Assembly (NCBI RefSeq): GCF_964204645.1 | Contig: NC_134027.1 | Span: 21,848,560-21,912,559 of the forward strand | DNA: 64,000 nt | DNA from: Tubulanus polymorphus | Taxonomy: Eukaryota; Animalia; Nemertea | Direction: 5' to 3' | In this document: positions 37,601 to 52,600 of the stretch, one piece after another | Layout: every line of letters starts with the position of its first letter | Position numbering within the stretch: position 1 is the stretch's first letter | Notes under the pieces: generated by a model | Seen by the model: only the letters and a program-made list of their open reading frames with translations | Told to the model about the DNA's origin: nothing | The model's database searches: none | Program-made: the position numbers and the translations under genes

Positions 37601-40600
37601 GATTACTTAAACCTACCTATTGTTTGCGAATGAACGATTTCCACAGCGACGGATAAATTAAAGTGAAGCTTTTAAGCGTAATGATCTGGCGTGAGCGCAG
37701 TTGGTAAGACCGCGGATATATGATAATCTTGATCATATACCTCCATGTTAAAACCTAATCACTTAATGGATATAACTGCGTCTCACGAATACTGCTACTC
37801 GCTCGTACAAAGAATTCTCATTTCAAATTACTAGGACAGAACTTTCGAGCTCCCGTCCGTACAATAGCCGCGATTGCAGGGAGATGATTTAGGCCTAATC
37901 GGGCTAGAGTCAAATTTGACCCGTGTCAATTAGAAAGTGCGTTCACATGTTTTTTTTAATCTTAAAATAGGGAATTTCCCTGTTATTTATTTGGCTGGTA
38001 AATTTTCGTTTGATTTTTTGATTGAGTGTCCCATACAGACCCACCACACCTGCGGGGAGTGAAACAAGGGGTTTGATTTTGAAATAGGAAATCGAAGTAC
38101 AAATATAGTTGTGTGATCGGCGGTCGAGTTAACTGAATTTTTTTTTTTTTAAATCGAAGTACATAGTTGGAAATTCGGTTCCGGTTCATTCAAACAATCT
38201 TACATTCAGTCTGAACCGGCAAGCGACTGACTGGGGTGAATTTTCTTGGCTGCCTAATTTAATACATCGAGATTTTGGAACGTTAACCTCTCACCACTCG
38301 ATGATACTAAACAATGCTTAAACAAAGCGAAGTGAGTCACTTCCGGAACCAGTTGCAATTCACACACTATAATTTGATCCGTGCTATCATTTGGCTCCGG
38401 GCTGGTCCAATGTTTTCGGTTGGGCCATGAGGGCACGGGCCCATGGTGAGTGGGCACCTGTGTGAATGGTTGTTCTAGCCCAAATTTGACACAAAAATGC
38501 TTGTTTGATGGCGGCTGATGAATACTGCCAGTTTAGATACGGCGTGAATAGAAATCTACCTTTTCGTAAGTTTGCTCCTTCTGATATTATTATTTTGGCA
38601 GATAATTAAGTAAATTACCAAGTTAGTGATACTAGACATTTTTCCTACGTTACAAATTCAAACATTTTTTCCTTATGCCGCTTTCATAGGCTTCTGAATC
38701 TTTTGCGCTTGCTAGAGGCCGCGATATCATCAAATGCTATGCATATATCACATGCCACGATGGAGACATGAAATATTAGAAGATAAAACCAATTCTGCTA
38801 GATTTCTGAAGATTGATTATTAAAACTGTTACATCAACCACTGGTGGCCTGCAGGATAGATCGCTGCGTCGAGCAACCTTGATGTTTCATATTATTAATC
38901 ATAGCTTTACCCGAGGCCATTGTCGATAGATTGATGATAAAAAGTGTGCTCTGTTTATCTTGTAATGCACAGATATCAGTCGTGCATGCGTGGGTTGAAA
39001 CACAAGGGGATGTTAGATAAGCATTGTGTGGCGGCTTCTTTAATATGTGACTGTATAAATGATGTAAAACTCGAAAAGAGAAATGTCATTAAGCAAAAAT
39101 GAAACTCTGTCGTCGTCAGGATTCAAACCATTTATTGTTGTACGGAGAGCTTAGAGTAAAAAAATCATCTTGGCGAAAGTTGAATCGTAGAAATGAACTC
39201 AATCACTACAAGATCTTTACGTTATAAAGAGGACAGATTTTTTTTCTTGTAAAAATGCGGTGGACTTGTGCTCAAAATGATTTTTAGAAATGAAAGTTGA
39301 GAAAATGCCAAGGGATTCAAGCCATATGCCGTGATTTATCGGGGTCGATTCGGCCGAGGCCAGATTGGTTCAGATCAGGGATGAGGCGCGAGTTATTTGG
39401 CCCCTACTTAATAAGAGTAAACCATGTAAACCACTCACTTGATACTAGACAATGCCTAAACAATGTCAAGTAAATCACTTCTGGAACCAGTCGCATTCCA
39501 AATGCCATAATCTTAACCCTTGCTAAATTTGGAACGAGCTCAGGCTAACGTAAGTCACGGGCCCAATTTGCATGTGTGTGAACGGCTGTTCGGGGCCTCA
39601 TTTGGCACCGGCCAAAAACGCTTGTGTGTTTGTGGCACTTGTGGCAATTGTTGAGCTCAGATACTACTTATTTTCTGGATTCAAACTTTCCAATCTTTTG
39701 TTGGTGGAAAACTGGACAAAAAACAGTTATGTCAGCCTCAGAGCTTTTCTTATTTTGATTTTTCTGTTGTGTACTGAAATGTGCCAGGCGTTACTGTGCG
39801 TCTTACGCTGTTGATTACTGATTGATTTGAACAATTTCTTTGATATATCGATAAAACTTCTTACTGATAGCCTTTTTCAGAGGCTGACAGTCTTTCACAC
39901 TAAAGATTCGAAACCATCAATTAATTGTTTGGCAGAAAACTGAAAGAGACTAGGATGTCGTCACTGAATACAGCCCTTTGTTTAATGAGAGGACCAGCTA
40001 CAAGATTCTTGTCAGCAGCAGATCTGCGTCAATTATTGAGTACTGGTTGATACATCAGTAATTGAATTACCTGGGAGACTTCTGCTATATAGCCTACTGT
40101 TTGCCAATACGTTCTGCTGTGGTTCTGTTTGAAACCGATACGTTCTACTGCGGTTCTGTTTGAAACCTATATGTCCTGCTGCGGTTCAGTTTGAAACCAA
40201 TACGTTCAGCTGCGGTTCTGTTTGAAACTGATACATTCTGCTGCTGTGGTTCTGTTTGAAACCAGTACATCCTGCTGTGGTTCTGTTTGAGACTGATACA
40301 TTCAGCTGCGGTTCTGTTTGAAACCGATACATTCTGCTGTGGTTCTCTTTGAAACCAGTACGTCCTGCTGTGGTTCTGTTTGAAACCAGTACGTCGTGCT
40401 GTGGTTCTGTTTGAAACCCATATGTCCTGCTGTGGTTCTGTTTGAGACTGATAGATTCAGCTTCGGTTCTGTTTGAAACCGATCCATTCTACTGCGGTTC
40501 TGTTTGAAACCAGTACGTCCTGCTGTGGTTCTGTTTGAAACCAGTACGTCCTGCTGTGGTTCTGTTTGAGACTGATAGATTCAACTCCGGTTCTGTTTGA

Positions 40601-43600
40601 AACCAATATGTTCTACTGCAGTTCTGTTTGAAACCAGTATGTCTTGCTGCGGTTTTGTTTGAAACCGATATGTTCCGCTGCGGTTCTGTTTGAAACCAAT
40701 AAATTATGCCGAGAGACAATTGAAGCAAATTTTCTAATTACTTCAGGGGAAATGGTCCATTCTAAAATTCAGGACCAAACTGGACGTTTCGGTCCCACTC
40801 CGTGCGGTGGCGCCACCCCGTTGGATTTACGCGAAGCAGCAGAACACAAACACGGCCATTCTCTCAATTTTCAATGATAGAAATCGTGTCAATTATTCAA
40901 TTATTTCGGCTGTTAGGGTTTTAAGGCACAATATAAGTTGATGATGTGATATGGCGATGTTAATTAATGATAATTCCGCAGTGAAGCTAGTCACGAACGG
41001 TGCCGATTGAGTGTACAGCTGCCAAAAACACTGAAATGTGCGTAGTTGCGTAACTATTTGCAGTGAATTGCAGACGAAACATGAAGCCTTAACGGCCGTT
41101 TAAAAAAAAATTATACCAATCGCAATTGTAAAATAAAAATGAGATAGAACCTAAGTTAAAATTCTGGCCATTTCTAAAATGTTATTGATTATTATTACTA
41201 ATTTTTAGTCAGTGCGGAACGTTTAGTTTTCCAACAATAATGAGGGGTGGTAGGTAGTCATGCAATTCAAGTCATCATTTATTACACGTTACTTCCGTGT
41301 TGTTGAAAATCTCGCGAGTCCTGGACTAAACTCCAATGAACAATGTGATCTGTGTGCTGGCCACCAAAATGCACACAGATCACACTACACTACCCATTAC
41401 ACACTCCAGTACCCACAGCTTTCATATATCCATCCAAATATTTAGTGGCTTTCTTCCTGGATCAGTCTTATTTGACTTATTTGGTCCGTTCTTAATCGAA
41501 ATGAACTAAATTAAGACCGTTCTAAATAATATAGTGTATGAAAGCAGCTATGTTACTTATGTACGTGCTGTTGCATTGAAGAGTACCGGTTCTGCACACG
41601 CATCCTAGTCGAAATAAAACCCCAAGGTGCAGTTTCATGAATAGTAAAAGCTTAAAATGGTCGAATTTGAATCAATGGCCTCATTGATAACCGCTTGAGT
41701 TTATTAAATCTTTTCATGAATCCGGACCCAGTTTACATTTTGGTTGAAATTGTCGCAGGACGGTCGTAAAAATGTGGCACCAGGAACTGATGGGTTAAAC
41801 CCATAACTGGAAGTAATGTCAACTTCTTTTTGTCGCCGTCGCCAGCTGCTTGTGTGATTATCTAGTTCGTAGGCATCCTCTACGCGAACAATCTGTAGTT
41901 TTCTGCCTCATTTCATCTGGCTCTCGATTAATCTTCATTAACATTCCCGTTCACCGAGTTATTTCGCACACGGGGGAATTTATTCAGCGTCGACTCCTTG
42001 TATCGTTGCATTCTTTTTAATCGCGCCTCTAATGAAGGAGCTGGATACCTGATGGAACCCATAGGTAGTTTTTCGTAGAGCTGCCCGAGTGACAAATTAC
42101 CCAAATATTGATACTATCCGAGATATTGCCATCTCTGATTGGTGGATTACACACAGATACAACTATGACTAGAACAGTTTTTATACTGCAATCTTAAAAG
42201 TAAAGGTTGACTTGGTTCACTTCCAAATGATCCAACTGAATTAGGTACCCTACTGTGGCAATTGAGGATTCCACTTATGGCAGGCGAGGATCTACCAGGT
42301 TCGCTAGTAGATAGTTGGTCGTCCACCATTTCTTCTACATTTCAATCAAATCTAAATGAACTTTTCTCTTAAATGAATCAATCATTTATACTGGTATCTG
42401 AGTTGAAGAATGACAGTATTGTATATATGGTGGGCGCTGTGAATGTATTGATTCGGTTGTCAAATAATCCAGTTCAAAGTTCATTGAAAATGAACTGATT
42501 TTGGCGACGGGTGACGCGATAGCTGGATATGTGTGCCCATAGTTGCCTCTGAGTTCATGTTTGAATAGACGATGACTTTAAGATACTACCTTGCATGACT
42601 CCACTAGTTAGACCGACTTATTCCAAGATGAGGCATTCCGTTGATTTCGGCTACAAGTTTTCGTTCAGAGATAACTTCTGAGCCATTTGAGCGACCTATC
42701 ATTGATACTGTTTCCTAATAGCCTGTTTTGTAATGGCTGATGTTGTGCCTTATCAAATGCTTTGTCGAAATCCACCGTTGAACAGGATTCTAAGACTGTG
42801 CAGAAAACCCGTTATCGTTGCTTTGCAGCTATATTTTACCATTGTGATTATAATCATAGAACTGTAAGCGAACTTCTCTTCATTTCTATGTTATGAAGAT
42901 GACAGCGGTGGTTAAAGCCAGGCATACGTCGGCACTTGCGACTGCCATCTACTATTCTCTGTGACTGCCAGCAACTTGTTAGTACTCAATTCTCTACAAC
43001 TGCCGGCAAATCGTTGCAACTAACTTCTCTGCAACTGCCAGCGATGATCATGTCGCAAAATCCCTCAATTTATATGACTTCCAGCGATTCTTTGCGACTG
43101 CCAGTAACACATGTTGTACTCATCTTTCTGCAACATGAAGGGACTATTTTACTAGTCGCAACCAATGTATTGCCATCACCGTAGCGCATTTGCAATCAGC
43201 TGTAACTGATCGGGTTACATTGCGAGCAGTCATCAATCAGCGAACCTACACCCGCCTTAAAACGGCTATTTCAGATGTCTGGGAGTGACATTGATCAAGG
43301 TGAAAGGTGTTCGCAATCTCAGTGGGTAGGGTAAAAGAGGAGTGTTTGAAAGTAAATACTAGACGGTGTCTCGGATGACTCTGAAAATGTCTCACGAACC
43401 ACATACAAGCTCTTCAGTTCCGAACACATTTTGTAAGCAAATATCTTCAAGGTCTCCGTTTACTTGACGTGACTTGTCACTTATGAGTGTATAATATGCA
43501 CATATATTAACACAATTCAGTTGATTCTAGTTGTCAGTATTTCGCTGTACGCCGAGTATCAATAAATGTTCTGCGTTTTGAGCAGAACCCGGGTACGAAT

Positions 43601-46600
43601 GAATGTATATATACGTACTAACGATAATGTATTACACGACGGAATACCAGTCACTTACTACTTGTGTTATCGATTACAGATCAAACATTCTCATACAGTT
43701 GAGCAGTTTGATGGGAGACTGATATCCGCCCCTCGAGGCTTCTGTGTTCTGTATTCATTTCCATATATCGGTGAAACCCGCTGTTGGATGACTATTTATA
43801 AGTGAACCACACTATTCATGAACCCTCCAATCTCCATACCTCTCATCCTTTAACCATTGTATTGGTGAACCCTCTTTTCAGTGAACCCCGGAGATGTCTC
43901 ATTTAAGATTTTCCCATTTCAATGAACCCTTTAGATATCTCACTTATGAATGACCCTTCTAGTGGACCCACTAGATATCTTAATCCATCAACGCCCCGGA
44001 TATCTCATTAAATGAGTGATCCATTTCAGTGAACCCTCTAGACATCTCATTATAAGCTGCGAACACACGAGAATTTTTGGCCCAAACAACTGTTTACATG
44101 GGTGCCAAATGGGCCCAAGCCTGTATGGCCCAACCAAAAACGTTGAACCAGGCCCGAGCCAAATTTTAGCACAAGACAAATGATTGCGTTTGAATGTCAA
44201 CTGGTACCAGATATTACACACTTCGCGTTGTTTGAGTATTGTTTAGTATCGAGTGAATGGTTTGCATGTGAGCTCACTCTCTAATTAGGCACGGGCCAAA
44301 TTTGACTTGGGCTTCATCCGTGCCAATTTGGCCCGGGCCAAATCATCTGGGTGTGATCCCTTTTCAGTTAAACCTAACAATCAAGGTCTACATGAACGAC
44401 TTGCAAGCCGAAAGGGGACATTAATTCAGTCAGTATAAAGCTTCCAGCACTTACGTTAGATTGTTTCTTATATATTTTCAGGTATGGCTAAGTTTAGCGG
44501 ATAATCACATACAAAGTTTACAAGTCGATTGGGAGAAAACAACGCGATTTGCGTTCAATGAAAAAAGCAACCCGGATGACAACAAACTCGGGCGACAAAT
44601 CGTCAAGGTAATGAATTGCAGCCGTGTGCGTTTTCTAAGTGACCGCGCCATTTCGGTGGTCGAACGAAATAAGCAGGGATGAGATGCTAAAAAAATGTGA
44701 ACATTTCTGAAGTAAATTTTTATGCGAAATCTGAAAAAATCGGAAACAGAAAATTGCTGTTTTAGTTTTCTTTATAGGCTGTAAGTATATGTTCTTCTAT
44801 CTCGGGGCTCTGCGTTGACCCTAGTTCATAGTAGATGTACATGTTCATAGTCTAGTGTCAGTAATTACAGGCCAAAATTTTTACACTGTCTTAAACATGT
44901 TTAATTATGCAATTCTTGCATAAAGCCTCGTTGAAAATGGAGAAATTGCTTTGGTATGATATGTCTTGTTTGAAAAATTCTTTTTTTGGTATGAAAAATG
45001 AAAAATTCTGTTTTTTGGTGTGAAGAAATCCGAAAAAGTGGGAAAAGACAATGTGAAGAAGTGTGAAAATTCCAGAATCTTGCATCTCATTCCTGAATGA
45101 GTGATTTACATGATAGACCCTCGAAGTTGGTAATCCTCTGTTTTGCTGTTATGTATAGCAAGTTTCCAGGGCTGGTTGACGAATGATGGTGTCGCGTGCA
45201 ACACCTCCATAAAAAGCGCTGAGAAGGTTTCAGCCGTCTCATAACACAACACAACTTACTCGAAATACAGGAAAATAAATAGCAAACAAAGCGATTTTAA
45301 TTCATACAAGACACTTTGAAATCTGTCGCCTAGTAATCAAATTTCTCGGCGAGTAATTGGAATAATAATATGATTTCCTGGGTATTATCGGGTTAAGTGG
45401 TTTTCGTGAGACCCCACTCCCAAAGGAAGATATAAGAGATCATTAAATCCAAATTTACTGAAGATGGCATTTACTTTGAATTATTCAGCATTTCACTGTT
45501 GCTCGTGCGGCAGTCAGTCTTTTATTAGTCTTGATATAACGATCGCCTGGTTATGAAGAAAAATTCAACGATGCAATAAAAATGTCCGAAATTGATCGAT
45601 GACGAATGGAACTAATAACAGTAAGACAGAAGAGAAAGATGTGGTGCAGCAGCAGCGGCGGATTTTATCGGTGAATTTCGCTTTAAGTCGTTCGCGGAGA
45701 ATGTCCTCTGCAGACTTCCGTTCTGACGCGGGCGAGATTAAAATGATCGGTGTAATAAAGCGAAAGTCTATCGTGTTCACTTTCTCGTTTTCATTTTTAT
45801 ATTGTCCTGATCATCGGTTTCACCGCAGTGCGACCGTGTTCGTCTAAACCAGACCTGTATTTATAGCACTTTTTCATTCGTTTTTGTTCAAAAATTGAGG
45901 CGAAATTGACGGAGACTGAAGCAAAACTTTCTTCCGTTTTAACCCATATATCATACCGGAAGCCATGAAGTGCTCCTCTTTGCATTTCACTTTCAACAAA
46001 ACAAAAATTTAGGGACTCCCTCCCGAGACCCCTATTATGCGCCTCAATTACTATGCGCACCTCGCAATTTCATATAGATTACCTCCTCCCCATAGACTTG
46101 TCTGGCTATGGGCATGTAAGCCGAAGGCGCACTACAAGGCAATTACAAAGCAACCAACAGATTGTGGTTTATTATATTTTTTTATGAATCAATATGATCA
46201 TTATGCCAACTGGAAGTAAAGCCTAATGCAAACAGCAAGAATAAACTCTGCCAAGTGGAAGTAAAGCCTAATGCAAACAGCAAGCATAAACGTGAAACAG
46301 ATTTTTGTTTTTGCGTTGTGATGTTTAGTTCGAAACAAGAAACAAGAAACATACGGTACCGAAATGAACCTGCCGTGCTACAATTTTGATTGAAATGTTT
46401 GTAGAAGTCGAATCGGGAAGTCCACATTCTACTTGCAAACCTCGAATACTGATTGAATCTGGTAAAGATAGTACATATGGAACACTAGCGCACCTAGTGG
46501 ATCTACGATTGCCGAAGGCGGAATCCTCGATTGCCATTACATACTTATTTCTTTTTCAAATGTGAAAATTTAGAAGTGTGTAAATACAAAAACCATATCC

Positions 46601-49600
46601 TCTGACTATATAAATAGTAATATTGACTAGGCGGAATATAAATCTAGAAATGTTTGTAGCGATAAAGATGTGATTTAGAGGAGTTTTCTTTTATCCGTGT
46701 GTGATGAAACAACGCCCTCAAGGGGCAATATTGATTTTGGATGAAATGATTTTGTATCTCCCTGGAGTTATATGAAACGTTCATTGGATTTTTAAGACAC
46801 TCTCGTGAATGTTGGTCCCTCGATGGTTTTTAGAGCTATCGAATCGCGCGGTTTGCGTCGCGTTTCTTGACGGCGAAATTCTCCGCGGATTTCAAGCAAA
46901 TCGGCATGAAACGACACATCGATCTTACCGAAAACTAGCAGTGCTCGGATTAACCCTTTCAGGGCCTAGTTAGACCTCTATGAAAACATTGCGGACAATT
47001 TCGCTGATTTTCACAATTGTTCGGCTATCAAGCTGTGCATAGGGCAGCCTTGTGACTGCTGGAAATATGACCATTTTCAATGACCATCGTGTCACAAAGA
47101 TCAATCAATCGGCCTTGCCCTTTAGATACTAGTTGCAACTAGTCGTACATGTTCTACTTGGCTCAGGACATCCTTACGACTGCTAGCAACGCGATTATCA
47201 TCGACCTTTATAAACCTTGAAAACTCGGGTCGTCAGAAAAATCTGGAGAAAAATCTAGGACTTCAACAAATTTTACCAAAAACCTGGAAACATGGGAAAT
47301 TTTGATAATACTATTTGCCACAATATATTTCCATTAGTATATAACTTAATGAAAAATGAATGATGATACATAACATTTTAAACTTAGAAGTTTCTTTGAT
47401 TCACTAACCAAATCACATGGAAAAATCAGGGAAAGCTTGTATATGTAATAATAATAGTAATAATAATGTCACATTTATACATTACGCCTGTTTCACTAAT
47501 AATAATGTTCACCAGCGCTTTGTATGGTAGTAGTGCTGAATTCACAGAGCATAGGCTTTGCAGAAAAGCAAATGTTTTACTCTCTGTTTGAAAGTGTTGA
47601 TTTCAGTTATATTCCGTATATTTGCGTCGAGAGAGTTCCACAGAGTTGGGTCAATACATTGGAAGCTACGTCCAACAAAGGTTTTAAGACGGTAGCGATA
47701 CGTATGTACGGAAACGAGGCTGAGATTGCGCGAACTAGTCAAACACCATCGCTGACAATTATGTCATAGTCGACCTAATCGCCAATTAGCAACCATTCGC
47801 ATCAGAATCAGGATGCATCGCACAGCAACCTACGCCTCCCTTTAGCTACCTAGATACCATCTATCTGTTTAAAACGACATTGCGGTCGAAGTTGGATCCG
47901 GGCATAGCAGTGAAAAGTGATGACTGGGTGAACTTGGTTTTGGTGTTGGTTAACACGATCGTCCATCACAGGAACTTTGTTTCTGGTTAGCTCATTCATG
48001 GACCAAGTTTATATAAAATGAGGTACCCGGGCAAACCAAATGGAGCAACAATGTACTCCCACTCAGTGTATGGTATATATTTTGATTTTTTTTATGTCTG
48101 TAAGAAAATTTGACTCAAAATTTAGTTGAAAAATAGAAGAAAGCAAAGCATGGTAATGGAGTAACCATTAGCAGTGCCAGTACCTCATTCCATGGCTCAT
48201 TCTGAAATTGCAGAGAAAGGATAGAAAATTAGATATAACCTTAGTCCTAAAAATCAGAGAAAAACGGGTGGTGCCTAGGTTTTCAAAGGCAGACTATAAT
48301 TATTTTTGAAAGTGCAAAAGTATCGTATCATCATAAAGATTGTTTCTTGTTTGTTATTCACAGTAATACATACAATTTCACATTTGATGAATACTGGATG
48401 TGTGGTTTATCTAAGAGATACTGCGATAAGGAGGTTTCTGTTTCCTAGATTCCTATTTTTGTGAATCTAGGAATGAGCACATTCTACCATCTTACAAACT
48501 ATTATAATGTAAATTAATGCAAACTTTTTTTCAATTTTTTTCGCTCAGGATTTACATCGGACAGGTTACAGCGGATTTAGCGGGCAGGATAACGAGGAAG
48601 ACCGTGCAGTTTTAAAGAGAGTCTTACTGGCGTACGCTCGATGGAACAAACAAGTCGGTTACTGTCAGGGGTTTAATATGCTCGCTGCTCTTATACTTGA
48701 GGTCATGGAACGCAAAGAAGACGATGCTTTGAAGGTAGAAATCCCTACCCGACCCTTCCTATCATCAGACCTCTTCAAAAATGTAGCCCCAACCCACTTT
48801 TGAACAGTGATCGTAAACAAATGTATATTTTCGGCCTTATTTAACTACAAAATAATTCTTTGAAAAAGATAGAATACAATCCGAAATAGTACTTCGAACT
48901 CATGAATTAAAAAGATTTTTCGTAGGCAATGCCCTCGCCAAACCAGCTCCAGTTTTCAAGGTAAACCGCTTTACCCATGGGAAATTTTTTTATTTCTTGA
49001 AAATGCTTTTCCAAGTAATCAAAAAAAGTCTTATGTCGATAGCTACACTGCTACGTAGGCAGATCAAAGGCTTCCTGAAAATTTTGGTCCTAACTGTAGC
49101 TAGTAAGTATACAAATGAAATCAATACTTTCTATGAACATGTTGTGCAGCACGTTACTTCATCTTTGAGTGTATTTCGGTCACTTGAGTTGCGATGGAAG
49201 CGTATGAACTCGGCGACTAGTTCAAACAACTCCATTGTTAAATCTAATCTTCACGATTGACAGTTTTATCGAGGATTTATTTCCTTCGACTACGAGGACG
49301 GTCGTCCGGAGAATTACTGCTGCGTTAACCGCGCGCAGGCCGGCGACGATATCAAATCCAACCGTCATAGAATTTGTCGTTGTGCGGGTTATGTTCCCGA
49401 GTCGTCGGTCGTTAATTTTCTACTGATTTAGTGCCGCAGCGACGATTATTGGATGGAGGACGACGACGACGAGCATTTCGATTCGAGCGAGAAATTGTTG
49501 AGTTTCCCTTTGAGTAAATTCTGGTCAGCTCTCTGGATACATGTAACAATCCATTAGCTGAAGAGAAATGCCATTTTAATGTCCAGAATTCAGAGTAGGT

Positions 49601-52600
49601 GCATCGGCATTTACAGCATCTTTTTAGAATTAGCTTCTTCAGGCAAATACTCTAAATGCCATCCGTCACTATCTATTTCAAACGGCTGCTTTTCCTACGG
49701 CAACTACTTTAAGATCTTTACAAAAATCGTTACTTATCCTACAGTCTTTATCGGAGCTAATCCGAACTTGGTATTGATGGCAAGGCTTACCATTCTTATT
49801 AAAATCCCTATTTTTCCGACAGTTTTTATTGGATCTTTTCCAACCTTGGCATTGATGTGCTTTAGGGCAACCCCGGATTAGAATTAGCGGTTTTCATTTT
49901 GCATAAATTTTGAAAGTAGGACTCGGTTCCGAGGACGTTCAGTTCCAAGATTTGGGACTTAAAATAAGCCATATCTGACTTCATTTTTATCCTATCTACA
50001 AACTGGAAAGAAATTGTAGTCTGAAGATTTTCATGTGATTAGCAGCAGTTATAGACGTTCGAAGGGCGTGTCCGAATCAGACAATATCTGAAACATGTTA
50101 CTGATATTTGACCCTAGTCACGGCATCGATTTACTAGACAATATCTATATACACTCAGTGACAGTATTCAGCTTATATTAGTCCAGACCATCCTTCCCGG
50201 CAGGGATTTAATGGCATCGCTTCAGCCACCAGGGCACGAAACCCCGCCATTCTAGACCAGGTGCGCAGGTACATGCGCAGATTGCCACAAAAAAAAACTG
50301 GCGGCACCAATCAATGCCTATTGTATAATCACTGAGGCAAATTTCAGTGGAAAAACCTAAAAAAGCTAAAATAAAACTGAATTTCTGATTGGCTATTAAT
50401 GACATCATCTAAGCTACGCATGTAGCTGCGCACTCATCTTGCTACGCATGTAGATGCTACGCATGTAGATGCCATCGGGTTTGAATCCCTTCCTGGGGAG
50501 GATGAGTTTAGGATTTCGAAAAGAATTTTACTTTTGCAAAATACTAAGGACTGCGTATGTACTGTTAAATAGCTTGATTTATACTTATTCGTAGAATGAC
50601 CATTTTTCTTTTAAATTGCAGGTGATGATATTTCTGATTGACGATGTTTTGCCGGAGAGTTACTTCGCGAACAATCTCCGAGCGTTATCCGTAGATATGG
50701 CTGTATTTAGAGATCTGCTGCGCATTCAGCTGCCCGATTTATCTCGTCATTTAGACGACCTGCAAGCGCGAGCCCGCGATCACACTGGTATGTTGATTCA
50801 CTTATAGAGGGCACCACCTGTGCCTGTGCATATCATCATCGTTCATCTGCTGGGGTTCGAACCTGTTGGCATCACAAGATCCTGTCAGAGCACAAACCCC
50901 AAGCCCCCCCCCCCCCCAGTTATTTTCTCATATAGCTTTAATTTCATTATTAGCCAATCAGAAATCAAGTTTCATTTTAGCCCAGGTTATTCGAAACATG
51001 AATTTTCATAAGCAATTATACAAGTTAATTCTTATGACTCGCATATCTGTGGGTTTAAATTTCTATTTTGGATATGATAAGCACAGAGCTGCCAACTGTT
51101 CCTGATTTCAAGTATTTGTTACTGTTTCATAACGAGAAATCTTAATTTGATATGTTTGATGCATACAGAAATATGAAAGATGTTACTGAGGGTCTGACTT
51201 ATGATTACTGATCGATGAGTTTCTTTCATATTTCGACGAAATATTACTGAAAGAAATTCTATTTGTTACTGATAGCACTTATCAGAGGTTGGCAGCCCTG
51301 TAAGCAGGGTGGCAGGTTAAGTTAGAGAAAAGAACTAACACATTAGGGAAGCAAACAGGTTCGAATGCCGGAAAATGAAAGTACATTTTAAATTTCTGTT
51401 TGAATAGTCAGTTCAATCTGAATAGTGCCAGCTCTGTGCATTGCTGCTTTGCAGCTATGTTTAATTTATTGTTTTGCGTTTTTTTAGGTGCTGACTATGA
51501 ACCTCCGTTGACGAATGTATTTACGATGCAATGGTTTCTCACATTGTTCGCTACGTGTCTTCCTAAACAAACAGTTCTTAGGGTGTGGGACTCGGTATTT
51601 TTAGAAGGCTCAGAAATTTTGCTGCGGACAGCTATCGTAATCTGGGATAAACTGACTCAGTAAGTACCTTCCTTTATTACCATGGAACAATACGCCTCCC
51701 GTATAATATTCATTGAGTTCTATTTTTATTGAGAGAGGGCAGCACTTAGTGAAACAGTAAACTCTGAGTAACTAGCTATAAACGCGTTGCGAGGCAGACG
51801 CAGTAAATACACTGCAATGTGATGTTTGAATACATCAATCGAATTATAGGCTAGGAGAGTATGAGCACTGACATGGTGCACCAGAAATCCCTTGAACGTG
51901 ATACCTAGGATCCGGCTGGCAGTTGCTAGCTAAAATTTTACTCTAGATTAAAAATTTGTGGATTTGTTTCATTAATTTGCTCTTATCTCGATATTTCATT
52001 GTTGAAGAGGGTCCTGACCTCTGGCATTATTGGCCAATAAGGTCAAGAGTATTTCAGAGCTATAAACTCTGCAAGCATTCTCAAATAAATCCGTACATCT
52101 GCAAAGGCTTAAGGCCTGTTAATGCACCAAAGTGTCTTATATGTTCTGGCACAGGACACCCAAACCTCCGGCTTTTTCAGTGTGGCTCACTGTTCTGTTT
52201 TGGAGGACTTTTGATTATTGCCTCTGTTATTGGGAAAATAGTGTCTCCTTAGATCTGCCCAGACTGCGGTTTATGCCGTCTAGTATGATGACCCAGTTTC
52301 CCACCACCAGTAGTCTTGTCTTAAAAATTAATTCACTGTCGAACATTGAAATTGGAGATTCAAATATCTTGGTGAATCAATCTGTTCCCTGTGACCTGTC
52401 ATTCAATGCTTTTTAATGATCTATTGTTGTATTCACTTTTATAGACGGATAATGAGCGTTGAAAGCGCTGATAATTTCTATTCTACGATGGGCTTCCTTA
52501 CTCAGGACATGTTAGATAGTAGAATGTTCGATGCCGATGACATTATCAAGGTAATTGTGAAAAATTGATCTTTCTGGCAACCCTTGTACAATTTCTCAGT

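Noticed and set aside
40104-40700. CRISPR-like array (units contain GTTTGAAAC)
   Set aside because: The intervening segments are only ~15 nt and similar to each other, not unique spacers. There are no cas genes and the context is a eukaryotic intron.
46204-46291. 45-bp tandem duplication (also the duplications at ~12520-12790 and ~17200-17520)
   Set aside because: Ordinary local duplications with no sign of function.
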